Positions 23,781-31,623 of a DNA stretch of 32,000 nucleotides are shown piece after piece. A program made the position numbers and the translations under genes. The number at the start of each line of letters is the position of its first letter. Within the stretch, counting starts at the first letter, position 1. Under the pieces are notes generated by a model. The model was not told where the DNA came from. It did not search any database and saw only the letters and a list, made by a program, of their open reading frames with translations. The stretch is from Copranaerobaculum intestinale (GTDB lineage Bacteria; Bacillota_I; Bacilli_A; Erysipelotrichales; Erysipelotrichaceae): assembly GCF_009831105.1 (NCBI RefSeq), contig NZ_WUUQ01000001.1:60001-92000 (forward strand), written 5' to 3'.

Positions 23781-25076
23781 ATGAAAAATGTATATGTCTG
23801 TATGAGTACCGATGTCATCCATGAAGGACATCTTCATGTTTTAGATAAAGCGAAATCACTTGGCAGAGTTACCGTCGGTGTATTGAGTGATCAGGCAATG
23901 GTTCGGTTTGATCGCTTTCCGACTATTTCATTTGAGGAGCGCTGTCATATGATTCAGGAACTGCCACAGGTTGATGAGGTTGTTCCTCAAACCACTATCT
24001 CCTATCGCGAGGTGCTGATGAAACGAAAACCGGATTATGTCGTACATGGCGATAACTGGCGAAGCGATGCCTTACAAAGTGTACGAAATGAGGTTATTGA
24101 GCTTTTACAGGAATGGAGCGGTGAGCTGATAGAAATCCCTTATACGCGAAATCCCCAAGTAAAAGCAATTGATAAGCATATGAAGGAAATTCTGGCAATG
24201 CCGGAATACCGCCGCGGACGGCTGAAAAAGCTGCTGTCACTGCGGCCGATCGTCAAAGCTTTGGAAGTACACAGCGGACTGACCGGATTAATTGCGGAAA
24301 AAACAGTCGTCGCGCATGATGGTGAAATCGATCAATACGATGCGATGTGGATTTCCAGTCTCTGCGATTCCACAGCGAAAGGCAAGCCTGATATCGAGCT
24401 GGTTGATATGTCCAGCCGAATGCGTACGATCGATGACGTCATGGATGTGACCACCAAACCAATCATTCTCGATGGCGATACCGGCGGATTGATCGAACAC
24501 TTCGTGTATAATGTAAGAACGATGGAACGAATGGGTGTTTCAGCAGTTATCATCGAGGATAAGGTCGGCTTGAAGAAAAATTCACTGTTTGGCAATGAGG
24601 TTGTTCAACAGCAGGATACCATTGAAAATTTCTGTGCAAAAATTCAGGCTGGCAAGCAGGCACTGCGTACCGATGAATTTATGATTATCGCACGAATTGA
24701 AAGTCTGATTCTGGAACAGGGCATGGAGGATGCAATCGCCCGAGCCGCCGCTTATGTCGAGGCCGGTGCAGACGGCATCATGATTCATTCACGGCGCAAG
24801 GAGCCGGATGAAATATTCGAATTCTGTCGTCGCTTTCGCTCCTTTGATAGTACGACACCAATTATCGTAGTGCCAACTTCCTTCAATTCGGTAACGGAGG
24901 CAGAGTTCATCAAGCATGGTGTCAATCTCGTTATCTATGCTAATCAGCTGACCCGCAGTGCTTTTCCGGCCATGCAGGAAACTGCAGTTGAAATATTGAA
25001 AAATCATCGGGCAAAGGAGACTGACAGTCACTTAATGCCAATCAAAGAAATCATCACCCTGATCGATGAAATTTAA
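23781..25076 (+). CDS. pepM: Fusion protein: N-terminal HxGH cytidylyltransferase-fold domain + C-terminal phosphoenolpyruvate phosphomutase
   Basis: 431 aa from the ATG at 23781 (AAAGGA RBS). The track ORF start at 23628 lies inside ppd. The N-terminus MKNVYVCMSTDVIHEGHLHVL carries the HxGH motif. The C-terminal part carries the PepM signature EDKVGLKKNS (EDK-X5-NS) and ILDGDTGG. Confidence 0.88.
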   Translation: MKNVYVCMSTDVIHEGHLHVLDKAKSLGRVTVGVLSDQAMVRFDRFPTISFEERCHMIQELPQVDEVVPQTTISYREVLMKRKPDYVVHGDNWRSDALQSVRNEVIELLQEWSGELIEIPYTRNPQVKAIDKHMKEILAMPEYRRGRLKKLLSLRPIVKALEVHSGLTGLIAEKTVVAHDGEIDQYDAMWISSLCDSTAKGKPDIELVDMSSRMRTIDDVMDVTTKPIILDGDTGGLIEHFVYNVRTMERMGVSAVIIEDKVGLKKNSLFGNEVVQQQDTIENFCAKIQAGKQALRTDEFMIIARIESLILEQGMEDAIARAAAYVEAGADGIMIHSRRKEPDEIFEFCRRFRSFDSTTPIIVVPTSFNSVTEAEFIKHGVNLVIYANQLTRSAFPAMQETAVEILKNHRAKETDSHLMPIKEIITLIDEI

Positions 25077-25081
25077 ACATC

Positions 25082-25116
25082 AGCCCTGTTTAAAAAGCAA
25101 ACGGGGCTTTTTCTTT
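25082..25116 (+). terminator. Rho-independent terminator of the phosphonate operon
   Basis: A 10-bp stem, AGCCCTGTTT paired with AAACGGGGCT (one G-U), with a 7-nt loop, followed by TTTTCTTT. Confidence 0.75.
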
Positions 25117-25118
25117 GC

Positions 25119-25146
25119 TTGACTTTCCAAAGGAATAGATTACAAT
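25119..25146 (+). promoter_or_regulatory. Sigma-A-type promoter of marR-tauE
   Basis: TTGACT (25119-25124), a 16-nt spacer, then TACAAT (25141-25146). Confidence 0.6.
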
Positions 25147-25153
25147 ATATATT

Positions 25154-25167
25154 GTTCTATTTAGAAC
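25154..25167 (+). promoter_or_regulatory. Inverted-repeat operator (probable MarR autoregulatory site)
   Basis: A perfect GTTCTA-TT-TAGAAC lies immediately downstream of the -10. It extends to an imperfect palindrome of about 22 bp (TATTGTTCTATTTAGAACTATA). Confidence 0.5.
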
Positions 25168-25182
25168 TATAAGAGGTGTAAC

Positions 25183-25632
25183 ATGCAAGTATCCTTTATT
25201 GAAACCATATCTCTGGTTAAGCGGCTTTATGACCAGAGCATGCTGCCGGCATGTACCGCTTTTTCCATTACCCGTATGGAGCTGGACATTCTGGTTTTCC
25301 TTGCCAACAACCCGCAGCACCGTACCGCTACGGATATCATTGAGCATCGAAGATTGACCAAATCTCATGTTTCATCCGCACTGAAAGTGCTGGCAGAAAA
25401 AGAGCTTGTAATAAAATATTATGAAAAAGATAATCGCAAGACGGTTTACCTGAAGCTGACCGCTAAAGCAGCGCCGATCATCGCCTGCGGACGTGATTGC
25501 CAAAAACAATTTACGGAAACTGTCTTCAGCCATTTTTCGATACAGGAAAAAGAACAATTCGCAAAACTTAGCAGCAAACTGATTCAAAACATTCAATTAT
25601 CATTAACGGGAGGAAATACGCATGCTGTATAA
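25183..25632 (+). CDS. MarR-family transcriptional regulator
   Basis: 149 aa with a winged-HTH core: LDILVFLANNPQHRTATDIIEHRRLTKSHVSSALKVLAEKELV...DNRK. AAGAGGTG RBS. Confidence 0.85.
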   Translation: MQVSFIETISLVKRLYDQSMLPACTAFSITRMELDILVFLANNPQHRTATDIIEHRRLTKSHVSSALKVLAEKELVIKYYEKDNRKTVYLKLTAKAAPIIACGRDCQKQFTETVFSHFSIQEKEQFAKLSSKLIQNIQLSLTGGNTHAV

Positions 25633-26389
25633 AACTTTCATATGCTTTCTGGCTGGTATCGGCGCTGGTCTGGGAACTGGTTTTGCAGGAATGAGCGCCG
25701 CAGCCGTTATCAGTCCTATGCTGATTACCTTTCTGGACGTTCCTGCCTATGAAGCGGTAGGCATCGCCCTTGCAAGTGATGTTTTAGCAAGTGCCGTCAG
25801 TGCCTATACATACGGCAAACATAAAAATCTCGATATCCGCAGCGGTATGGTCATGATGATTACAGTTCTCTGCTTCACCCTAGTGGGAAGCTGGGTATCC
25901 AGTCTGCTGCCGGGAACGGCTATGGGTGGTTTTTCAGTCTTTATGACGTTGCTATTAGGGATTAAATTTATTGTGCGGCCGGTGTTAACTACAAAGGAAG
26001 CAATGGCCGATGTCAGCGTGAAAAAGCGAATCCTTCAATCTGTACTTTGCGGTACTCTGATCGGTTTTATCTGCGGATTTGTCGGTGCTGGCGGCGGTAT
26101 GATGATGCTGCTGATACTGACCAGTGTACTGGGCTATGAATTGAAAACAGCAGTCGGCACCAGCGTTTTCATCATGACTTTCACTGCATTAACCGGTTCT
26201 TTAAGTCATTTTACCATCGGCGGAGCTCCTGACTTCTATATTCTGGGCGCCTGCATCATCTTTACCCTGCTCTGGGCAAGAATTGCCGCCAAATTCGCCA
26301 ACCGTGCTGATCCAATTATCCTGAATCGAGCCACCGGCATTGTCTTAACCATTCTCGGCGCGGCAATCATCGCGGTTCAATATTTGTAA
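25622..26389 (+). CDS. TauE/SafE-family (DUF81) anion exporter-type membrane protein
   Basis: 255 aa with about 8 TM segments and an internal duplication, each half having a Gly-rich helix (GIGAGLGTGFAGMSAAAV and GFVGAGGGMMMLLIL). It overlaps the marR stop by 11 nt and has a GGGAGGA RBS. Confidence 0.75.
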   Translation: MLYKTFICFLAGIGAGLGTGFAGMSAAAVISPMLITFLDVPAYEAVGIALASDVLASAVSAYTYGKHKNLDIRSGMVMMITVLCFTLVGSWVSSLLPGTAMGGFSVFMTLLLGIKFIVRPVLTTKEAMADVSVKKRILQSVLCGTLIGFICGFVGAGGGMMMLLILTSVLGYELKTAVGTSVFIMTFTALTGSLSHFTIGGAPDFYILGACIIFTLLWARIAAKFANRADPIILNRATGIVLTILGAAIIAVQYL

Positions 26390-26413
26390 AAGCCTGTTTC
26401 CGCAGGCTTTTCT
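26388..26413 (+). terminator. Terminator hairpin after tauE
   Basis: AAAGCCTG-TTTCCG-CAGGCTTT followed by a short T-rich stretch (TCTATT). Confidence 0.6.
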
Positions 26414-26470
26414 ATTGCTTGTTTCACCATCCCCGCAAGGGATGATAAGAAACTGTTTTCATTCATCCAT

Positions 26471-26497
26471 AAAAAAACAGAACGATAATACGTCCTG
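26471..26497 (-). terminator. Rho-independent terminator of pgcA
   Basis: Minus strand: CAGGACG-TATTAT-CGTTCTG (one mismatch) followed by T7. Confidence 0.6.
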
Positions 26498-26509
26498 TTT
26501 TCTCGCGTT

Positions 26510-28213
26510 TTATGATGCTTCACTTAATTCTTTCATAGCAGAAACAAATGCTGTGGTTTTATTTGCCGCATCTTGCTTATCCTCACCTTTTACACAGTAA
26601 TAAAATTTACATTTCGGTTCCGTACCGCTTGGACGAATTGCGATCCAGCTTCCGTCTTTCAGATAAAATTTCAATACATCTGATTTTGTAAAGCCGCTCA
26701 GCGTTGAAACATTGCCGTTTTCTTCCACGATTTGTTCTTTATAGTCTTCAAACCGAATCACTTTCTGATCAGCAATCAAGTCCGGCTTGGAAGTACGCAG
26801 ATCACTCAGTATCTGTTTGATGCGGGCTGCACCTTCCTCCCCTTTCAACGTCAAAGAGGTTTGACTTTCCTGATACGTACCAAATTCATCATACAGATCA
26901 TTCAGTACATCAACTAGTGTTTTACCTTTCGCTTTATAGAATGCCGCTGCTTCCGCAAGCATCAGACAAGCCTGTGGAGCATCCTTGTCACGGACAAATG
27001 GCTTGATCAAAGAACCATAGCTTTCTTCATAACCGAATACATATTGTTTTTCCTTGGTAACTTCATATTTCGCAACCTTTTCACCGATGAACTTAAAGCC
27101 GGTCAAGGTCTTTTCGGTCTCTACATTATATTTTTTAGCGATAGCCTCTCCAAGGTCACTGGTAACCACAGTATTGAACATAACCGGATGCGCGGGCATT
27201 AGATTTTTATCACGCAGCTGAGAAAAAATGTATTCAATTAGGACAGATCCGCTCTGATTACCGGTAAGCAGTACATATTCACCGTCATGCTTAACCCCGA
27301 CTCCCATACGATCGGCATCAGGATCGCATACCAATATAATATCGGCATTTTCCTTTTCAGCCAGTTTCAGTGCGAGCTCATAAGCCCCTTTTTCTTCCGG
27401 ATTCGGAGTCTTTGTCATCGAAAAATTCGGATCAGGAGTACATTGCTCTTCCACCGCAACATACTGATATCCGCTGCGGTTAAATACTTCCTTGACCGGT
27501 ATATTCGCAGTCCCATGCTCCGGAGTAAATACGATCTTCACCAATGACTTATCAACATCCGGATTCAACTGGATACTGAGTACTTCCTTATAATACGCTT
27601 CATCGATATCATGATCGATCATTGTAATCAGCTGTTTTTGGGCTTCGCTCAAAGTCGGATGGATATCCAGCTCATCCTTTACCATATTGATATTTTGAAT
27701 CACCTTTTCCACAAGCTCTGGCACCAGCTGACAGCCCTTATCATCATACAGCTTATATCCATTATATTCTTTCGGATTATGAGATGCTGTAATCATAATC
27801 CCGCCGGCACAGTGGAGATAACGAACCGCAAAGGACAACTCCGGAGTTGGACGAAGCGATGTAAATACATATGCGCAAATGCCGTAGCTTGCCAGCACTT
27901 TTGCTGAGGCCATCGCAAATTCGTAGGACATGTGACGATTATCATAACCGATTGCAATCCCTTTTTTAACCGCTTCCTCTCCCTGTTCTAATATTGTTCG
28001 GGCAAATCCGTCAGTTGCCTTATTGATGGTGTGGACATTGATCCGGTTGGTTCCGGCTCCTAATAGACCGCGCATACCGGCTGTTCCAAAATCAATATTT
28101 GTATAAAATGCGTCGGCTTTCTCTTCCTCATTCATTTGTGCCAATTCCGCTTTCAAATTCGGATCGATGAAAGGATGCTGATACCAATGCTGATAAGATT
28201 CCTGAATAGACAT
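26510..28213 (-). CDS. pgcA: Alpha-phosphoglucomutase (phosphohexomutase superfamily)
   Basis: 567 aa with the active-site Ser loop GIMITASHNPKEYNGYK, the metal loop CDPDADR and the sugar loop GYEESYG. The length is typical of Firmicute PgcA. Confidence 0.9.
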   Translation of the reverse strand: MSIQESYQHWYQHPFIDPNLKAELAQMNEEEKADAFYTNIDFGTAGMRGLLGAGTNRINVHTINKATDGFARTILEQGEEAVKKGIAIGYDNRHMSYEFAMASAKVLASYGICAYVFTSLRPTPELSFAVRYLHCAGGIMITASHNPKEYNGYKLYDDKGCQLVPELVEKVIQNINMVKDELDIHPTLSEAQKQLITMIDHDIDEAYYKEVLSIQLNPDVDKSLVKIVFTPEHGTANIPVKEVFNRSGYQYVAVEEQCTPDPNFSMTKTPNPEEKGAYELALKLAEKENADIILVCDPDADRMGVGVKHDGEYVLLTGNQSGSVLIEYIFSQLRDKNLMPAHPVMFNTVVTSDLGEAIAKKYNVETEKTLTGFKFIGEKVAKYEVTKEKQYVFGYEESYGSLIKPFVRDKDAPQACLMLAEAAAFYKAKGKTLVDVLNDLYDEFGTYQESQTSLTLKGEEGAARIKQILSDLRTSKPDLIADQKVIRFEDYKEQIVEENGNVSTLSGFTKSDVLKFYLKDGSWIAIRPSGTEPKCKFYYCVKGEDKQDAANKTTAFVSAMKELSEAS

Positions 28214-28241
28214 AATTACTCCCCTTTCTGTCTTTCTTTAC

Positions 28242-28271
28242 AAAAAAAGATGACGTTCGCCATCTTTTTTT
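28242..28271 (-). terminator. Weak A/T-flanked hairpin between ptsH and pgcA
   Basis: AAAAAAAGATG...CATCTTTTTTT. The GC core is short, so read-through into pgcA is plausible. Confidence 0.45.
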
Positions 28272-28272
28272 A

Positions 28273-28539
28273 TTAACCGATAATTTTCTGTGCGCGCAAT
28301 ACTTCTTCGATGGCCGCAATTGCTGAATCTTCGTCATCACCGTCACAAGAAATTGTGATTTCAGAGTGAGTAGGAATTCCCAGGGACATAACTCCCATGA
28401 TGGACTTCATGTTAACCTCGCGTCCCTTGAAGGACACGTTCACTTCACATTTAAATTTGCTGGCCGCATTAACCGCTACTGTAGCAGGACGTGCGTGTAA
28501 TCCTACTGGATCAATTACATTTACAGTAATCTGTTTCAT
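28273..28539 (-). CDS. ptsH: Phosphocarrier protein HPr
   Basis: 88 aa with the His15 motif GLHARPAT and the regulatory Ser46 motif MKSIMGVMSLG. AGGAGGA RBS. Confidence 0.95.
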   Translation of the reverse strand: MKQITVNVIDPVGLHARPATVAVNAASKFKCEVNVSFKGREVNMKSIMGVMSLGIPTHSEITISCDGDDEDSAIAAIEEVLRAQKIIG

Positions 28540-28579
28540 CGAATGATTCCTCCTATTAATTCTCTTCTTTTTCCTCTCT

Positions 28580-28608
28580 ATTCTAACTCATTTTGGTAAC
28601 ACTTACAA
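28580..28608 (-). promoter_or_regulatory. Sigma-A-type promoter of ptsH
   Basis: Minus strand: TTGTAA (28603-28608), a 17-nt spacer, then TAGAAT (28580-28585). Confidence 0.55.
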
Positions 28609-28651
28609 TCTTATTTTTGCTTTTTTCCCTGGATAATAGGAAAAACAATCA

Positions 28652-29116
28652 TTATTCATTAATTTTATCATAAACAGCCAGAAACATGGATATTTTTTCC
28701 GGTTCATTCCCGCTGAAAACTGGAAAATCATTCCGTTTCAAAGCGTTTGCGGTAATTCCCTCGCCTGGAATCAGACGACCGCTGAAGGTACCGTCATAAA
28801 TACTTCCGCACCCGCAGGATGGGCTGCGTGGCTGCAGAATGGCCAGATCAATCTGTTCCCTGCATGCGATAGCTACTGTACGCTCTGCACCCAGCATATA
28901 CTCCTTTGTCACATCTTCCCCGTCCGCGTTCATTACCTGACTGCCGCAGCGTTCCGCACAGGGCCTTGGGGTGGACAAGCCGCCCAGCTGTTCCGGACAT
29001 ACTGAAACAACTTCATGATCTTTTATGAGCTCCAAAAGGATTTCATTTCGATTGTTGCCGCCGTTGTATTTACAGTTTTGCCCTAATAAACAGGCACTCA
29101 CCATTATTTTCATCAT
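28652..29116 (-). CDS. DUF523 family protein (YbbK/TudS-like, Cys-rich)
   Basis: 154 aa with the family-typical N-terminus KIMVSACLLGQNCKYNGG, plus PSCGCG. The start codon directly abuts the yaaA stop. Confidence 0.75.
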   Translation of the reverse strand: MMKIMVSACLLGQNCKYNGGNNRNEILLELIKDHEVVSVCPEQLGGLSTPRPCAERCGSQVMNADGEDVTKEYMLGAERTVAIACREQIDLAILQPRSPSCGCGSIYDGTFSGRLIPGEGITANALKRNDFPVFSGNEPEKISMFLAVYDKINE

Positions 29117-29857
29117 TTACTCCTTTATGTAGACATATCGTTTTTCATCTGATCGAGCTGAACAAAAACAAAAGCCATCAACCTTTATTTGCCTCAAATC
29201 TTCCTTCTGTTTCGGCTGCATACGGATAATTTCATGAAGCATTGCACCCCGTGCCGCTTTGATCGCCGTACTGATCGCTTTGGGGACTCCGTTTTTCATC
29301 ACGTAAAATTCAATTCTTACATACTGATCACTGTTCCTGATAGCTTCGCTGATCACTTTACTATATTCTTGAGAGGCCAAATCAACCAGACAATCATCCC
29401 GCAAATCACTTTCCAAACGATCCTTCCAGTATTCATACAGATTATGAAAGTGTCCCAGTGTCAATGGTGCCTGCATCTCCAAGCGATACGGATGCACGCA
29501 GTCGAGCGGACGAAGTGAACCGTATAAACCGGATAAAATACGCACATGATCGTTGGCATAAGCCAGCTCCTGCGCATGAAACGTTATCGGCTTTAAAGCC
29601 TGATACTGGATTCCATGATAGGTGAATATCGCTGGATTTCCCATCGTATCCCATGCCCATTCCTCATATTCGCGCATACTTTTCCGGCCCAGCTTTTCAC
29701 TTATCCGACAAAAGTTGCAAATCGCCTCCAGATCCAATCCGCGCATATATTCATAAAGCGCCAGCGTCGCCTGCGGATAACGCGGCATCTGGACAATATC
29801 ACCATAGGCATAGGTAAACTCTTTCATTGTTTTAGCCGGCGATATAACATACTTCAT
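29117..29857 (-). CDS. yaaA: YaaA/DUF328 (UPF0246) peroxide-stress family protein
   Basis: 246 aa with the conserved N-terminus MKYVISPAKTM and central LSGLYGSLRPLD...PYRLEM. The start overlaps the LRR gene's stop (ATGA), and a GGAGGA RBS is present. Confidence 0.85.
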   Translation of the reverse strand: MKYVISPAKTMKEFTYAYGDIVQMPRYPQATLALYEYMRGLDLEAICNFCRISEKLGRKSMREYEEWAWDTMGNPAIFTYHGIQYQALKPITFHAQELAYANDHVRILSGLYGSLRPLDCVHPYRLEMQAPLTLGHFHNLYEYWKDRLESDLRDDCLVDLASQEYSKVISEAIRNSDQYVRIEFYVMKNGVPKAISTAIKAARGAMLHEIIRMQPKQKEDLRQIKVDGFCFCSARSDEKRYVYIKE

Positions 29858-30675
29858 CCTGATTCCTCCTCATCTGTTTTCTCATAGAGACCGGTCTCAA
29901 AATCCTCATTTTTCATATGCATGAGATCTGCTTCATCTAAAATCAGCTGATCAATATAAAATAAACGGTCATACCAACAATCCAGATCCATCTGCAGATC
30001 ATTATCAAACAGATTCAGATACAGGAGATTTTCCAATGTTGAAAAACCTTCCAGATCCGAAATATGATTATGTTCCAAATGAAGAATTTCCAAATTCAAA
30101 CAGTTCAGCAGCGGGCGATAATCTGAAATCTCATTATACGCAAAATTTGCTTCCGTCAGTTTCTTCATGCCGGCAGTAAAGGAAAGATCAATGATGCCAT
30201 TATGCTCAAGAATGCAAATCTCTAGTCCTACACAGACCTTCAGCGGCGTCGTGTCCATAATTCGGCAGGAGCAGGCACTCAGCATACGCAAATGCCGAAG
30301 TCCTGATAATACATGTATATCTTCAACCAGCGTATGATCCAGATCGAGCACTTCCAGATTCGGACAATTCTGAAGCGGGGTCAAATCCACGATTGGATTG
30401 CCCATTAACACCAGTGAGCGAAGCTTTGGGACATAATGAAGCTTACGCAGATCGCTTACCTCATTCTCGGCAAGTGACAGCTCCTGTAAATTGGGAAAGA
30501 ATTTCAAAAAATCCAAATCCCGGAGCTCCCTTCGAAAAACGGAAAGTGAGGTTACCTTTGCAAGTTCCTTTGTATATAATTTTTTATGAAACATACCTTT
30601 TCCAAACTGCATCAGAAATTGCTGATACAAAATTGGATTTTGGATTCCCTGTTCATCGTTCGTAATAACCGGCAT
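29854..30675 (-). CDS. Leucine-rich repeat protein without signal peptide or anchor
   Basis: 273 aa. Eight tandem 22-residue repeats (about aa 54-229) fit LxxLxxLxxLxxLxLxxNxIxD, for example LTPLQNCPNLEVLDLDHTLVED and YRPLLNCLNLEILHLEHNHISD. There is no hydrophobic N-terminus, no LPXTG and no cell-wall-binding module, and the C-terminus is acidic. Confidence 0.75.
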   Translation of the reverse strand: MPVITNDEQGIQNPILYQQFLMQFGKGMFHKKLYTKELAKVTSLSVFRRELRDLDFLKFFPNLQELSLAENEVSDLRKLHYVPKLRSLVLMGNPIVDLTPLQNCPNLEVLDLDHTLVEDIHVLSGLRHLRMLSACSCRIMDTTPLKVCVGLEICILEHNGIIDLSFTAGMKKLTEANFAYNEISDYRPLLNCLNLEILHLEHNHISDLEGFSTLENLLYLNLFDNDLQMDLDCWYDRLFYIDQLILDEADLMHMKNEDFETGLYEKTDEEESG

Positions 30676-31012
30676 TGTATCCCTGCTCCCTAAGATTCTT
30701 TTAAGATACTGTAATTTTACCTGATTCTTTTCTAAAAAACCACTGAAAACCTTTCTATGCCGATTAAAGCAGTGCCTATTAAAAAGTATTCTGACGACAA
30801 ATTTTCAAGTCCTATCTAAGCTTGCCGAAATAATCAAAAAATAATTCATTGTCTTTTTTTATTTACAAAAACACAAAACAAAGCTTCGAATAACCCAGCT
30901 TTCTTTTCGATTTTTTAAAAAAACACTCTAATATGCTTTTATTAGATATGTCCATAAAATTTCATATTTTTGAAACCTTTCCGAATCTCAGTACATATTT
31001 GTCTAAAAACCT

Positions 31013-31040
31013 TGACTTGTTTACAATAATGCGTTAATTT
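31013..31040 (+). promoter_or_regulatory. Possible sigma-A-type promoter of the sigma factor gene
   Basis: TTGACT (31013-31018), a 16-nt spacer, then TAATTT (31035-31040). Confidence 0.4.
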
Positions 31041-31048
31041 TATGGTAA

Positions 31049-31060
31049 TACCATATGGTA
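31049..31060. promoter_or_regulatory. Perfect 12-bp palindrome TACCATATGGTA at the predicted transcription start
   Basis: Read directly from the sequence. It sits 9 nt after the putative -10, and its 11-mer ATACCATATGG recurs at 10133-10143. Confidence 0.35.
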
Positions 31061-31122
31061 CAAGGTTCGGCCGATAATCGATTTCTCTATTATCCGTGAC
31101 AAATCATTTGAGAGGATATTCC

Positions 31123-31623
31123 GTGTATAAAATCAGTGAGGGACAGCTGCTTCATTTCATCAAGGAAAATCAACAGAAACTGTATCGTTTTACCGCCATG
31201 TATGTGCGAAATGAAGAAGATGCAAAAGACATATTGCAGAATACTATATTGAAGGCCTATCGCAAGTATCATCAGATACGTTCAGCCGATACATTATCCA
31301 GTTGGTTTTATCATGTCCTGATTAATGAATGTCTGCTTCACATCCGTAAAAGCAAGCGTCGTGAGGATACACAGGAGATGGATGTATTCTCAATCAAAAC
31401 AAAGGATACGCTCCAACAGGAACAGCTTTGGGATATGATTCATCGACTGGATGAAAAATCGCAGATGATCATCGTGCTGTGCTTCTTTGAAGAACGAAAG
31501 CTGAAAGAGATTGCCGCAATCATGGATATGCCGCTCAGTACGGTTAAAAGCCGTTTATATAAAAGTTTGGAAGAACTGCGCGTCTTTATGGAATATGAAG
31601 ATACCTGCATAAAAAGAAAATGA
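31123..31623 (+). CDS. ECF-type sigma-70 family RNA polymerase sigma factor
   Basis: Region 2 (EDAKDILQNTILKAY, WFYHVLINECL) and region 4 (IIVLCFFEERKLKEIAAIMDMPLSTVKSRLYKSLEELR) are present. I prefer the GTG at 31123 (GAGAGGA RBS 7 nt upstream) to the track start at 31096. Confidence 0.8.
   Translation: MYKISEGQLLHFIKENQQKLYRFTAMYVRNEEDAKDILQNTILKAYRKYHQIRSADTLSSWFYHVLINECLLHIRKSKRREDTQEMDVFSIKTKDTLQQEQLWDMIHRLDEKSQMIIVLCFFEERKLKEIAAIMDMPLSTVKSRLYKSLEELRVFMEYEDTCIKRK

Noticed and set aside
30971-30996. TGAAAC hexamer upstream of the sigma gene, considered as an ECF-type (SigW-like TGAAAC-N16-CGTA) autoregulatory promoter
   Set aside because: The sequence 16-17 nt downstream is ACAT, not CGT(A/C), so only the -35-like half matches. 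That is too weak to call.
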